Assembly (NCBI GenBank): GCA_039208735.1
Contig: JBCCQY010000001.1
Coordinates: 64,001 to 128,000, forward strand
Direction: 5' to 3'
Length of the DNA: 64,000 nucleotides
Source of the DNA: Myxococcota bacterium
GTDB lineage: Bacteria > Myxococcota_A > UBA796 > GCA-2862545
Shown piece by piece: positions 19,112 through 28,159 of this stretch. Position numbers and translations under genes: made by a program. The notes beneath the pieces are model-generated. The model saw nothing but the letters and a program-made list of their open reading frames with translations. It was not told where the DNA came from and did not search any database. Every line of letters starts with the position of its first letter. Within the stretch, counting starts at the first letter, position 1.

Positions 19112-20446
19112 ATGGTCGGGTTGTTGTCCAGGTGTCGTGCTACTCACGGGTCGCGAAGCGCTATTCCCCGCCTCCTGCTGGTTGCGATGTCCGCGTTTGC
19201 GGTGGTGGCCTGTAGCGAAGATCTCAATGACGTAAGCCCAGGTGCCTTTGAACCCAATGCCCCGAACGATGAGGACGCCGACGCCGACGTGGACGCCGAT
19301 GCGGACTCGGACACGGATGCGGACACGGACACCGACACCGGAGCCGAGACGGGGTTTACGGGCGATACCGGTGGACCCACACCCGAAGTGTGTGACGATG
19401 GCCTCGACAATGATGGCAACGGGCTCATCGACTGCCGGGACGAGGCGTGTCAACTCGACGCCGCCTGCCCCGAAACCTGCGACGACGGTCTCGACAACGA
19501 CAGCGACGGGCTGATTGACTGCGCCGACCCGGCGTGCACCAGCAACGCGGTGTGCGGCCCTGAGGTGTGCGACGACGCGGTCGATAACGATGCCGATGGT
19601 CGGACCGACTGTCAGGATGTCGACTGCGACTTTGAGCCTGCGTGTGTCGAAATCTGCGACGATGGCATCGATAACGACGGGGACTACCAGGTCGACTGCG
19701 CCGACACGGTGTGTACGGCTGATCCGGTGTGTGGAGTCGAGGTTTGTGACGACAACGTCGACAACGACGGGGACATCTGGGTGGACTGCTTCGATGTCGA
19801 TTGCGACTTCGACGTCGTGTGCACCGAGATTTGTGGCGATGGCGTCGACAACGATGGCGACTCACGGGTCGATTGTGCCGACAACTTCTGCCAGAACGAC
19901 CCACTTTGCGGTGTCGAGTTGTGCGACGATGGTGTCGACAACGATGGCGACGTTTGGGTCGATTGCCTTGACGTAGACTGTGACTTCGAGCCTGCCTGCG
20001 CCGAGACCTGCGACGATGGCATCGACAACGACGGCGACGCTCGGATCGACTGTGCCGACAACTCTTGCCAAGCCGACCCCGTCTGCGGGGCCGAAGTGTG
20101 CGGCGACGGCATCGATAACGACGGCGACGTTTGGGTTGACTGCTGGGATCTTGACTGTGATTTTGACGTGGCGTGTGCCGAGGTGTGTGGCGACGGCATC
20201 GACAACGACAGCGATGGAAACACAGATTGCGCCGATAATTACTGCACTGGCGACCCCATTTGCGGGGCCGAAGTCTGCGACGACAATGTCGACAACGACG
20301 GGGACAGCCGCACCGACTGTGGCGACCCAGATTGTGACGACGAAGCGGTCTGTGCCGAAATCTGCGATGACGGCATCGACAACGACGGCGATTCCTTCGT
20401 GGATTGCGCGGATCTGTGGTGCGTCGGCGACGCGGCCTGCCCCTAA
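19112..20446 (+). CDS. Lipoprotein with (D-x)n linker and 12 Cys/Asp-rich repeats
   Basis: VVAC lipobox (start may be ATG 19187); repeat ExCxDGxDNDGDxxxDCxDxxC..C. Confidence 0.85.
   Translation: MVGLLSRCRATHGSRSAIPRLLLVAMSAFAVVACSEDLNDVSPGAFEPNAPNDEDADADVDADADSDTDADTDTDTGAETGFTGDTGGPTPEVCDDGLDNDGNGLIDCRDEACQLDAACPETCDDGLDNDSDGLIDCADPACTSNAVCGPEVCDDAVDNDADGRTDCQDVDCDFEPACVEICDDGIDNDGDYQVDCADTVCTADPVCGVEVCDDNVDNDGDIWVDCFDVDCDFDVVCTEICGDGVDNDGDSRVDCADNFCQNDPLCGVELCDDGVDNDGDVWVDCLDVDCDFEPACAETCDDGIDNDGDARIDCADNSCQADPVCGAEVCGDGIDNDGDVWVDCWDLDCDFDVACAEVCGDGIDNDSDGNTDCADNYCTGDPICGAEVCDDNVDNDGDSRTDCGDPDCDDEAVCAEICDDGIDNDGDSFVDCADLWCVGDAACP
19385..20443 (+). repeat. Coding tandem array of 12 units of 87/90 nt
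   Basis: Alternating 29- and 30-aa units, four Cys each. Confidence 0.9.
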
Positions 20447-20465
20447 ATGGCGTAGTCCGCTCGGG

Positions 20466-21089
20466 TTAGAGGCAGCTTCCGACGGGGAATGACGGATCGA
20501 TCGCGCGATCCGATGTGCCATTGACGAGGTCGTCGCGGCCGTCTCCGATGGCGTCGCAGTCCTCGACGATGCCACCCGAGTTGAGGACGGCAAACACCTG
20601 GGTCAGTGCGTTTCCGTCGAACCCCTGCCCGCCGGTACACGGGAAAAGGGTGGACACATCGGGCTGGCCAGGCGCCTGGACCCCCGCCTGGAGGGTGCGG
20701 GTCCCGGACCGCAGTTCTCCACACTCGTCCTTTTGGACGACGACGAGGTCGATCGTGTGTTCGTCCGCATACTGCGGTGTGGGATTGCCCGTCTCCTGCG
20801 TGAAGACACGCGCCGTGTCTACGACGAGGTTGGTCGTGAGCGTGAACTGCACGGTGTTGGCATCCATACACGTGGCTTCGGCCGACAAGATCTCCGGCTG
20901 GGGCGGGTCGGCGCACGGGTCGGAGGTGTCGGCGGTGTGACCCGTTGCGTCCGCATCGGTGTCGGCGTCGACATCGGCATCGCTATCCGCGTCGGCGTCC
21001 GCGTCCGCATCGGTTTCGAGCTGCCGGTTGTCTTCAGGGGGATTGGTGGTGGCGGTGCAACCCAATCCAAGGAGCCATACGATCTGCAT
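20466..21089 (-). CDS. Hypothetical lipoprotein with (D-x)n linker
   Basis: MQIVWLLGLGC, DADADADADSDAD tract, RBS GGAGG. Confidence 0.75.
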   Translation of the reverse strand: MQIVWLLGLGCTATTNPPEDNRQLETDADADADADSDADVDADTDADATGHTADTSDPCADPPQPEILSAEATCMDANTVQFTLTTNLVVDTARVFTQETGNPTPQYADEHTIDLVVVQKDECGELRSGTRTLQAGVQAPGQPDVSTLFPCTGGQGFDGNALTQVFAVLNSGGIVEDCDAIGDGRDDLVNGTSDRAIDPSFPVGSCL

Positions 21090-21142
21090 TTACACCCTCC
21101 TAGGCGACCTTAGCCGGGTGATGTCGGACTCGCTGGAGCCTT

Positions 21143-21451
21143 TCAGATCCACTCGAACATGCGGAGCAGCATTGTGGCGATTGAGGCGGTGAAGAGTCCC
21201 AAGAAGTTGATGGGCACTTCGTCGGGGGCCAAGCCCATGCTGAGCGACCAAAACACGCTGGCCGCGACGGTGAGGACGCACCACACAAGCACCGTACCGA
21301 ACCAGCCCCCACCACTTCGGTGCGGCATGTAGGGTTGACCAGCCCAGTCACTCCCGTTGTGGCGCGCTCTGGCGAAGATGGCCACGGCCCAAATGACCAA
21401 CGCAATCCCGAACAGAAGGGCCACGATATCGATGAAGAGTGAGGTTTCCAT
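21143..21451 (-). CDS. Small membrane protein
   Basis: Three hydrophobic segments. Confidence 0.6.
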   Translation of the reverse strand: METSLFIDIVALLFGIALVIWAVAIFARARHNGSDWAGQPYMPHRSGGGWFGTVLVWCVLTVAASVFWSLSMGLAPDEVPINFLGLFTASIATMLLRMFEWI

Positions 21452-21541
21452 CTCGCGAGGAAGCTACCATACCGATGGACGCGACTCCTCCCGTCGGATC
21501 GGTGTACCGGGCGGCGTCTTGGGCATGGCGAACCGTCGCTT

Positions 21542-22594
21542 CTAATTGCGGAGGACTTCGGCCAACGCAGCGAAGGCACGATCGGCATCATCGATGTTGG
21601 ATGTGGGGCCGAAGCTAAACCGTAGGGTGCCCATTTCACCTGTGCCCAAGGTGGTGTGCGCCCGTGGTGCACACTGAGTTCCGCCGCTCACGACGATGCC
21701 CTGCGCACGAAGGGCCCGCGCGAGTTGGCCTGGCGAGTGGCCCCGTACAGTCAGGCTGCACACGGGCATTCGGGGCCCCGTTCCATATACGGTGACGCCT
21801 CCCAACTGTTGCGCATGCGCCCGAAATCGTGCTTCGATCGCCCGGGTGGCCTCAAGCGGCCGGTGTTCCTGCATGAATCCAAGCCCTGCCGCCAACGCCA
21901 CGAGGGCTGGACGATCCACCGAACCCGTGTCGCAGTAGCCCGGGCGGGTCGCACCGGGTGTATCGAGCCGAACCCCGGGGCGAACGTAGAGCCCGCCTAC
22001 GCCGTAGGGCGCTTGAGGACCTTTGTGGCCCGCGAACGCAAACAGATCGACCTCGAGGTCGGTGAGGGACAATGGGAGCCAACCCGCGGCTTGGGCTCCA
22101 TCCAACAAGCACAAGGCTCCGTGGGCGTGGGCCAACGTCACGACCTCGGCGAAGGGCAAGAGTTCGCCGGTCACATTGGCGGCCATCGACAGTGCCACCA
22201 GCCTCACTCCGCCTGCCTTCAGCTCGGTGGTCAGCACCTCCAAATCGAGCGGACCAGACCCTCGGGGTACCTCGACGATCTCGATCCCTCGGGCTCGAAG
22301 CTTGGCGAGCGGACGCGCGAGGGCGTGGTGTTCCATGGCGCTTGTGAGCACCCGGTCGCCGGGTTGGAGCGGAATATCCGCGATGGCGGTGGCGATGGCG
22401 CTCGTGGCTCCGGGTGTAATGAGCAAGGTGTCGGCCGAGACGTCAAAGGCGTGGGCCACGCGTTCGTGCGCCTCCGCGAAGTCCTGGGCCCAGGTATCGG
22501 GGGAGGCGGCCAAGGCCTCGGCGAACGCCTTCGACACGACCGGGGGTTTGGGCCAGCTCGTGCCCGCGTGATTGAGGTACAGGGAGGCTGCCAT
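21542..22594 (-). CDS. Class V PLP aminotransferase / cysteine desulfurase family
   Basis: YLNHAGTSWPKP, MEHH, NVTG, DGAQ, PLP Lys in GHKG, Cys in GTQCAP. Confidence 0.88.
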   Translation of the reverse strand: MAASLYLNHAGTSWPKPPVVSKAFAEALAASPDTWAQDFAEAHERVAHAFDVSADTLLITPGATSAIATAIADIPLQPGDRVLTSAMEHHALARPLAKLRARGIEIVEVPRGSGPLDLEVLTTELKAGGVRLVALSMAANVTGELLPFAEVVTLAHAHGALCLLDGAQAAGWLPLSLTDLEVDLFAFAGHKGPQAPYGVGGLYVRPGVRLDTPGATRPGYCDTGSVDRPALVALAAGLGFMQEHRPLEATRAIEARFRAHAQQLGGVTVYGTGPRMPVCSLTVRGHSPGQLARALRAQGIVVSGGTQCAPRAHTTLGTGEMGTLRFSFGPTSNIDDADRAFAALAEVLRN

Positions 22595-22614
22595 GGACGC
22601 AGCCTAGGTCCCCG

Positions 22615-23499
22615 TTAGCCGTTCGCCAAGCGCTGAAGGGTGTCGAACAAAGGTGTGGAGCCACGCGTCAGCGCTTCGCCCTCGGGGTAGGCCACCACCC
22701 CCTCGTCCAGCCCACGATTCATCTCGGCATACAGGGTGGCGTAGTGCCCCGCCCCCTGCGCTTCGAGCATGGGCGTGATGGCATCGTGGGGAAAGGTTTG
22801 AACGGCCACCGATCGGCCCAACACCTCACCCATGACCTTGGCCACGTCCTCCATTGACAGAGGCTTCGGTCCGACCAGGTTGACGATGCGAACCGAGGAT
22901 GCCGCCGGTTGACGTAGGAGTTCGGCCGCGGTGGTTCCGATGTCTTGCGTCGCCACCATTTCGATCGCGTGCTGGGGATTGAAGAACGCGCCAAGTACCC
23001 CTTCGTCCTTGGCCATGGGGAGCGAACCGGCCAGGTTCTCTTGGAAGTAGGCGGGGCGAAGGAACGTCACGCCAGGACGCTCGACCAACGCCGCTTCCAA
23101 AGCACGCAGCGTGCGAATGGGACCCGTTCCGCTCGGTTGATGAGCGGCCACCGACGACAACACCACCACACGGGGCACATCGGCCGCCTTCACCCCTGCG
23201 ACCATCGCTTCCACCATGGGTTGATGGGCGGCAAAGAGGTCGGGCGCCCCCCACACCGGAGGAAGCAGGAGGTAGGCCCCGGCGGCTCCCTCAAGCGTTT
23301 CGCGCACCTTGGCGGCGTCCGTCAGGGATCCTTGCACCACCTCGACCCCTCGTGCCGCCCAAGGAGCCACCTTCTCTGCATTCCGGGCGAGGGTTCGAAC
23401 CGATGCCCCGGCCGCGAGCAGGCGATCTGCCACTACCGACCCCGTATGACCGGTCAGGCCAAAGACGACGTAGACGCTTTGTTCAGGTTTGCCGTTCAT
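22615..23499 (-). CDS. NmrA-family NAD(P)-binding protein
   Basis: GLTGHTG Rossmann motif, LRPAYFQEN, MVATQDIG; GGAGG RBS. Confidence 0.88.
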   Translation of the reverse strand: MNGKPEQSVYVVFGLTGHTGSVVADRLLAAGASVRTLARNAEKVAPWAARGVEVVQGSLTDAAKVRETLEGAAGAYLLLPPVWGAPDLFAAHQPMVEAMVAGVKAADVPRVVVLSSVAAHQPSGTGPIRTLRALEAALVERPGVTFLRPAYFQENLAGSLPMAKDEGVLGAFFNPQHAIEMVATQDIGTTAAELLRQPAASSVRIVNLVGPKPLSMEDVAKVMGEVLGRSVAVQTFPHDAITPMLEAQGAGHYATLYAEMNRGLDEGVVAYPEGEALTRGSTPLFDTLQRLANG

Positions 23500-23565
23500 G
23501 ATGCCTCCAAGCATGAACGCTTCCTAGGCTCGGTCAATTCATGCGCCCATGAGCAAGCTACGCAT

Positions 23566-24489
23566 ATGGCCATGAGTAAGACGCATGAATGGCCATTTCC
23601 CGATGTTGATCTGAACCTGCTTCCCACGTTGGCCGTGCTGCTTGAGACGTCGAGCGTGACGCAAGCCGCGGCTCAGATGGGGGTGACGCAATCCGCGATG
23701 AGTCGTTCGTTGGGCCGGCTGCGGCGGGCGTTTGGCGATGAGTTGTTGGTCCGGGTGGGGCAGCGCATGCAACGGACGCCCCGGGCGGCGGCTTTGTTGC
23801 CTCAGGTGCATCGGGTGCTCGCCGAGGCGCGTCGGTTGGTGGAGCGCGGCGAGACCTTCGATCCCACCACCGCAAGGTTTACCGCTCGGCTTTCCAGCGC
23901 CGACTACGTCCACCTCGTGTTGATGCCGCCGCTGTTGAAGCGGTTGCAAGAGGAGGCACCGTACGTCTCCATCCGGTTGGTGCCGCAGGCCTTCGAACCC
24001 CGCTACCTCGAGGACGACGAGCTTGATGGGCTGCTCTTTGTCGACGGGCAGCTCTCTGGTTCGGGGCTGATGCGGACCTACCTCTTCACCGAACCGTTCG
24101 TCACGGTGTTGCGAAGCGGGCATCCGGCGCTCGGTGCGTTGTCTCTTGAACGATACGCAGCGTTGAACCATGTGTTGGTGGCTCCCAGCGGCCGACCGGG
24201 AGGCATCGTGGACGATGCTTTGACCGTTTTGGGCCTGCAACGACGGGTCGTCTTGCTGGTGCCTTCCTTTTCGGCTGCGATTGCCGTCGCGGAGTCCACC
24301 GACCTTGTCGTCACGCTCCCAAAACGCGTGGCTCGGGCGACGGCGGTGGGACGGGACGTGGTCGTGTTGCCACCACCCCTTCACCTCAACCCGTTTCGCC
24401 TGGTCTTGTTTTGGCATCGACGTCGGAAGTCCGACCCGGCCCACCGCTGGCTTCGCAAGACCTTAGCGGAGGTGTCAGCTGGGCTTTGA
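23566..24489 (+). CDS. LysR-family regulator (NodD/ToxR-like), divergent from nmrA
   Basis: DLNLL..L..LLETSSVTQAA..GVTQSAMSRSLGRLR; DPAHRWLR. Confidence 0.93.
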   Translation: MAMSKTHEWPFPDVDLNLLPTLAVLLETSSVTQAAAQMGVTQSAMSRSLGRLRRAFGDELLVRVGQRMQRTPRAAALLPQVHRVLAEARRLVERGETFDPTTARFTARLSSADYVHLVLMPPLLKRLQEEAPYVSIRLVPQAFEPRYLEDDELDGLLFVDGQLSGSGLMRTYLFTEPFVTVLRSGHPALGALSLERYAALNHVLVAPSGRPGGIVDDALTVLGLQRRVVLLVPSFSAAIAVAESTDLVVTLPKRVARATAVGRDVVVLPPPLHLNPFRLVLFWHRRRKSDPAHRWLRKTLAEVSAGL

Positions 24490-24527
24490 ACACTCGTCAG
24501 GAGGTTGAGAGACGGCACCCATTCCCG

Positions 24528-25016
24528 TTAATGAGCCTGGAGCGCCGCCTCATATGCTCGTTCAAGTCGCTCACTGGCCAAGGGACGCGCCAGCGGGATG
24601 TCTGCACCGAGGTGACGGACCCGAAGCTCGTCCATGAGCGCTTCCTGCAGTTCGGTCCCGCCGTCCGCCAGCACCCGTGCACGCACGGACAACAGGTGTG
24701 ACACCGGTAGGTGTGCCGTGCCCCACGTGCCGAGGGCGGTCATCACCGGAACCAGCTGGATCGATGCCTCGGTGAGCGAGTACACCACCCGCTGCCGATG
24801 GGCGGGATCCGGGGCTCCGGTGAGCAGCCCAGCCTCCACCAAAGACTTCAGGCGAGACGCGAGGATGTTGGTCGCGATGCCCTCCTCGGATGCACTGTGG
24901 AGTTCGCCATACGTTCGACGGTCTCCGAACAAGACATCCCGCAGCACCACGAGGCTCCAACCGTCGCCCAGGACCTCGACGGCGAGATTGATGGGACACC
25001 CAGATCGAACCTTCAT
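24528..25016 (-). CDS. HxlR-family winged-helix regulator
   Basis: RSGCPINLAVEVLGDGWSLVVLRD, EGIATNILASRLK, YSLTE. Confidence 0.9.
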   Translation of the reverse strand: MKVRSGCPINLAVEVLGDGWSLVVLRDVLFGDRRTYGELHSASEEGIATNILASRLKSLVEAGLLTGAPDPAHRQRVVYSLTEASIQLVPVMTALGTWGTAHLPVSHLLSVRARVLADGGTELQEALMDELRVRHLGADIPLARPLASERLERAYEAALQAH

Positions 25017-25104
25017 GCCGGTCTCCGAAAACCGCTTGCGTATCACAAGTAGTTGGAGTAACCCCGGGGAGGCAACAACCACTTGTGAAGTGCAAGGAGA
25101 ACCC

Positions 25105-25689
25105 GTGGCACAACTCGTCGTTTCTATGGTGCAGAGCGTGGATGGCTTTGTCGAAGGGCCCGGAGGCACGTTCATCGAACCCGAGTGGTCTTCGGATCTC
25201 GACGGATGGACAGGTGACATGAGCCGCCGGTTCGACACGCTGATCTACGGGCGCACCGCCTGGACGCAGATGGCCGAGTATTGGCCTGCCGCGGAGACCT
25301 CGGGGGGGCTCGAGCCAGCTATGCAACGGCTCGCCCGTTTCATGAATCGCTCCCGGAAGGTCGTGTTCTCTCATCAGCCAGTCGACATCTCCCAGTGGGA
25401 GAACACAGTTCAGGCCCCGGGTGACGTCCGCATGACGGTGTCTGGACTCCTCGCCGAAGCAGGCCGCGACCGAGACGTCGTGGTGTTCGCAGGTGCGGCT
25501 ATGGCGCAGTCCGCGTTCGCCGCGGGAGTCGTAGGTGAACTCTGGTTGCTGACGGTGCCTCGACTGGCCGGTGGTGGAAAGCGGCTCTTCAGCCACGAGG
25601 GACCCAGCGTCGATCTGGAGCGACTCGAGGTACGACCCATGGATACCGGCGCCGTTCTGACCCGGTTCGCCGTGGGGGAGGTGGCATGA
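25105..25689 (+). CDS. Dihydrofolate-reductase-like (RibD C-terminal) protein
   Basis: SVDGFVEGP, YGRTAW, P.LAGGGKRLF; RBS AAGGAG. Confidence 0.88.
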   Translation: MAQLVVSMVQSVDGFVEGPGGTFIEPEWSSDLDGWTGDMSRRFDTLIYGRTAWTQMAEYWPAAETSGGLEPAMQRLARFMNRSRKVVFSHQPVDISQWENTVQAPGDVRMTVSGLLAEAGRDRDVVVFAGAAMAQSAFAAGVVGELWLLTVPRLAGGGKRLFSHEGPSVDLERLEVRPMDTGAVLTRFAVGEVA

Positions 25690-26309
25690 TTCTGGTCACC
25701 GGCGTGCTCGACCTGCAACCAGGCACTCGTGATGCCTACCTTGAGGCCTCACGCCCTTACATCCGCGCCGCGCGTGCGATCAACGGCTGCACCACCTTCG
25801 TCGTCGCGGCCGATCCGATCGAAGAGAACCGTGTGATCGTGCACGAACTCTGGCGTGACCGGGGTGCATTGACCGCGTTTCGCTCGTCCGGCCCATCGGA
25901 CCAACTCTTCTCCATGATCGAGCGTGTGGATATACGGGAGATGCACGTTCAAGATCCGGCGTCTCCAGAGCGTATTCTGGCCTGGCTCGCCACCTCGGAC
26001 CTGGCCCATTCCGAAGCCTTCTACACCCGCTTCTTCGGGCGTCCACCCGACACCCGGCCGATGCACGGCCTCGTGGAGTGGATGTACGAGACCTCGGGCG
26101 GCATGCAGCTCTTTGTCTCTCCTGAGGATGCTGGACACGGCTGCGTCACGCTCCTCGTGCAGGATGTGGAGCATGAGCGGGCCCGCCTCCAGGCGGCCGG
26201 CCTCGCGCCCTCGGCCATCCAAGACGGCATGGCGAACCGCTTCGTGCAGCTCCACGATCCAGACGGGAACCGCGTGGTGCTGCATGGCTCCACCAGCTGG
26301 AAGCGCTAA
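25686..26309 (+). CDS. ABM monooxygenase-like + VOC/glyoxalase fusion protein
   Basis: N-part GC..F....D......VHELW; C-part FYTRFFGRPPD..PM, DPDGNRV. Confidence 0.8.
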   Translation: MILVTGVLDLQPGTRDAYLEASRPYIRAARAINGCTTFVVAADPIEENRVIVHELWRDRGALTAFRSSGPSDQLFSMIERVDIREMHVQDPASPERILAWLATSDLAHSEAFYTRFFGRPPDTRPMHGLVEWMYETSGGMQLFVSPEDAGHGCVTLLVQDVEHERARLQAAGLAPSAIQDGMANRFVQLHDPDGNRVVLHGSTSWKR

Positions 26310-26371
26310 GCGCGCGAGAAGGCGCACACCAAGGCGTCCGACGCTCTTGCTGCAGCACCAGGCGGGGTCGA

Positions 26372-26602
26372 CTACTCGGAGAAGGGTACCCCGCAGCCGC
26401 AGCAGCGGTCGTTGTCCTCGTTGCCGTCAATGGCTACGCAGAACGCGTCGTTGTCCGGGCACTCGGGGCAGGCATCGGTAAAGTCACTTGAGCAGCTCGG
26501 GATTTGCACGGCTTGGCACGACCCCTCCGCCAGGCCGCCTTCCTCGCAGGCGGTCAGCCCGAGCAGCCCCATGACGAGGGCGAAGTTCGTTCGCAGGTTC
26601 AC
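26372..26602 (-). CDS. Small Cys-rich lipoprotein
   Basis: LTAC lipobox, 8 further Cys, GGAGG RBS. Confidence 0.7.
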   Translation of the reverse strand: MNLRTNFALVMGLLGLTACEEGGLAEGSCQAVQIPSCSSDFTDACPECPDNDAFCVAIDGNEDNDRCCGCGVPFSE

Positions 26603-26642
26603 AAGGCCTCCACCCGGTTCGACTCCCGGGATGATGGGTGTC

Positions 26643-27977
26643 TTATCGCTCGAGCTGTTGTGCGATGATCATGACCATCTCGAGGGCCTGCTCGTAGTTC
26701 AGCCTTGGGTCCACCGCACTTTGGTAGGCGCGCTCGAGGTCGGACTCCGAAAGTCCTCGGGCGCCCCCAACGCACTCCGTCACGTCGTCGCCGGTCATCT
26801 CGAAGTGAACCCCACCGAGGATCGAGCCCTGCCGGTCGTGAATCTCGAAGGCTTGCTGTAGCTCCGACAAGATGTTGTCGAACCTTCTGGTCTTGATTCC
26901 GTTTTCGAGCTTTTCGGTGTTGCCGTGCATCGGATCGCAGGTCCACAGAACCGTTCGACCCGTGGCTCGGACGGTTTCGATTAGACCAGGCAGCTCATCG
27001 GCGACCCGGTCATGGCCCAAACGATGGATGAGGGTGAGGCGGCCCGGCTCATCTTCAGGGGTGAGTGTCTCCACAAGTTGCGTCAGCCACTCCGGGTTCA
27101 TGCCGGGACCGACCTTCACCGCGACGGGATTGCGAATGCCACGGAAGTACTCGACGTGGGCCCCATCGATCTGGGCGGTGCGTTTGCCGATCCATGGGTA
27201 GTGCGTGGACAGGTTGTAGTACCCGTCTCGGCGCGGCACCCGGCGCGTCTGGGCCTGTTCATAAAGCAGGGCGAGCCCTTCGTGGCTCGTGAAGATGTCG
27301 ACCCGCTTGGCGGCGTGCAGCTGGGTTCCCGTCACGGCTTCCAAAAAGTCGATCGACGTGCGGATCTGGTTGACGATGCGTTGGTAATCTTCGCGCTTGG
27401 ACGCGTGTTCGACGAACGACAAATCCCAGTACTCGGGATGGTGGAGGTCGGCGAAGCCCCCGGCCGAAAGCGCGCGAACGAAGTTCAGGGTCAAGGCAGC
27501 GCGCTCGTATCCCCGCAACATCAGTGTGGGGTCAGGGGTCCGGTCGGAGTCGGTGAACCCCGACCGGTTCAGTAGATCTCCCCGATACGACGGCAGGGTG
27601 ACGTCGCCGCGCGTCTCGGTTCCCGCTGATCGAGGCTTGGCGTACTGGCCCGCGATGCGTCCCACCCGAATCACCGGGGTGCGCGTCGCGTAGACGAGCA
27701 CGAGGCTCATTTGGAGCAAAATCTTCAGCTTCGAGGTGATGCCATCGGGGCTGCAGTCGTCGAAGCTCTCGGCGCAATCGCCGCCTTGCAAGAGGAACGC
27801 TTCCCCCCGTGCGGCGCGGCCAAGTTGTGCCTTGAGGTCCTCGACCTCCCAAGAGGTGACCAACGGCGGGAGCCTCGAAAGCTCCTCGACCACACGCGCG
27901 GTTGCGGCTTCGTCCGGGTACGTCGGCTGCTGTTGGGCCGTTTTGGCCTGCCACGATGCGGGATGCCAGTTCGACAA
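26643..27977 (-). CDS. 3-deoxy-7-phosphoheptulonate (DAHP) synthase, class II
   Basis: QQP.YPD, LQGGDCAESF, GRIAGQYAKPRS, TSHEGL, CDPMHGNT, DPRLN. Confidence 0.96.
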   Translation of the reverse strand: MSNWHPASWQAKTAQQQPTYPDEAATARVVEELSRLPPLVTSWEVEDLKAQLGRAARGEAFLLQGGDCAESFDDCSPDGITSKLKILLQMSLVLVYATRTPVIRVGRIAGQYAKPRSAGTETRGDVTLPSYRGDLLNRSGFTDSDRTPDPTLMLRGYERAALTLNFVRALSAGGFADLHHPEYWDLSFVEHASKREDYQRIVNQIRTSIDFLEAVTGTQLHAAKRVDIFTSHEGLALLYEQAQTRRVPRRDGYYNLSTHYPWIGKRTAQIDGAHVEYFRGIRNPVAVKVGPGMNPEWLTQLVETLTPEDEPGRLTLIHRLGHDRVADELPGLIETVRATGRTVLWTCDPMHGNTEKLENGIKTRRFDNILSELQQAFEIHDRQGSILGGVHFEMTGDDVTECVGGARGLSESDLERAYQSAVDPRLNYEQALEMVMIIAQQLER

Positions 27978-28159
27978 GAGTCACCTCGAAAACGGCCGCG
28001 GCCATGCAGAGTCGATAGCCCGGCCTCACGGATGGTCGATAGCGTTGGCGTCAACGGGTTGAGAGGTCTTGAGACGGCCTGATTTGGCCCCCCCTGGACA
28101 AGGCTGGACATTTAGCGGGGCGCCTGTGGGATAGGCAGGCCGTTCTCGATGGAGGAGCG

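Noticed and set aside
19385..20443. CRISPR-like periodic array
   Set aside because: Repeats are degenerate at synonymous positions, in frame and protein-coding; no unique spacers or cas genes
22945..23565. Long N-terminal extension of the LysR ORF (514 aa)
   Set aside because: It is the antisense shadow of nmrA; LysR homology begins near 23566
24528..25689. Overlapping extended HxlR and RibD-C ORFs
   Set aside because: The extensions are mutual antisense read-through; the homologous parts do not overlap
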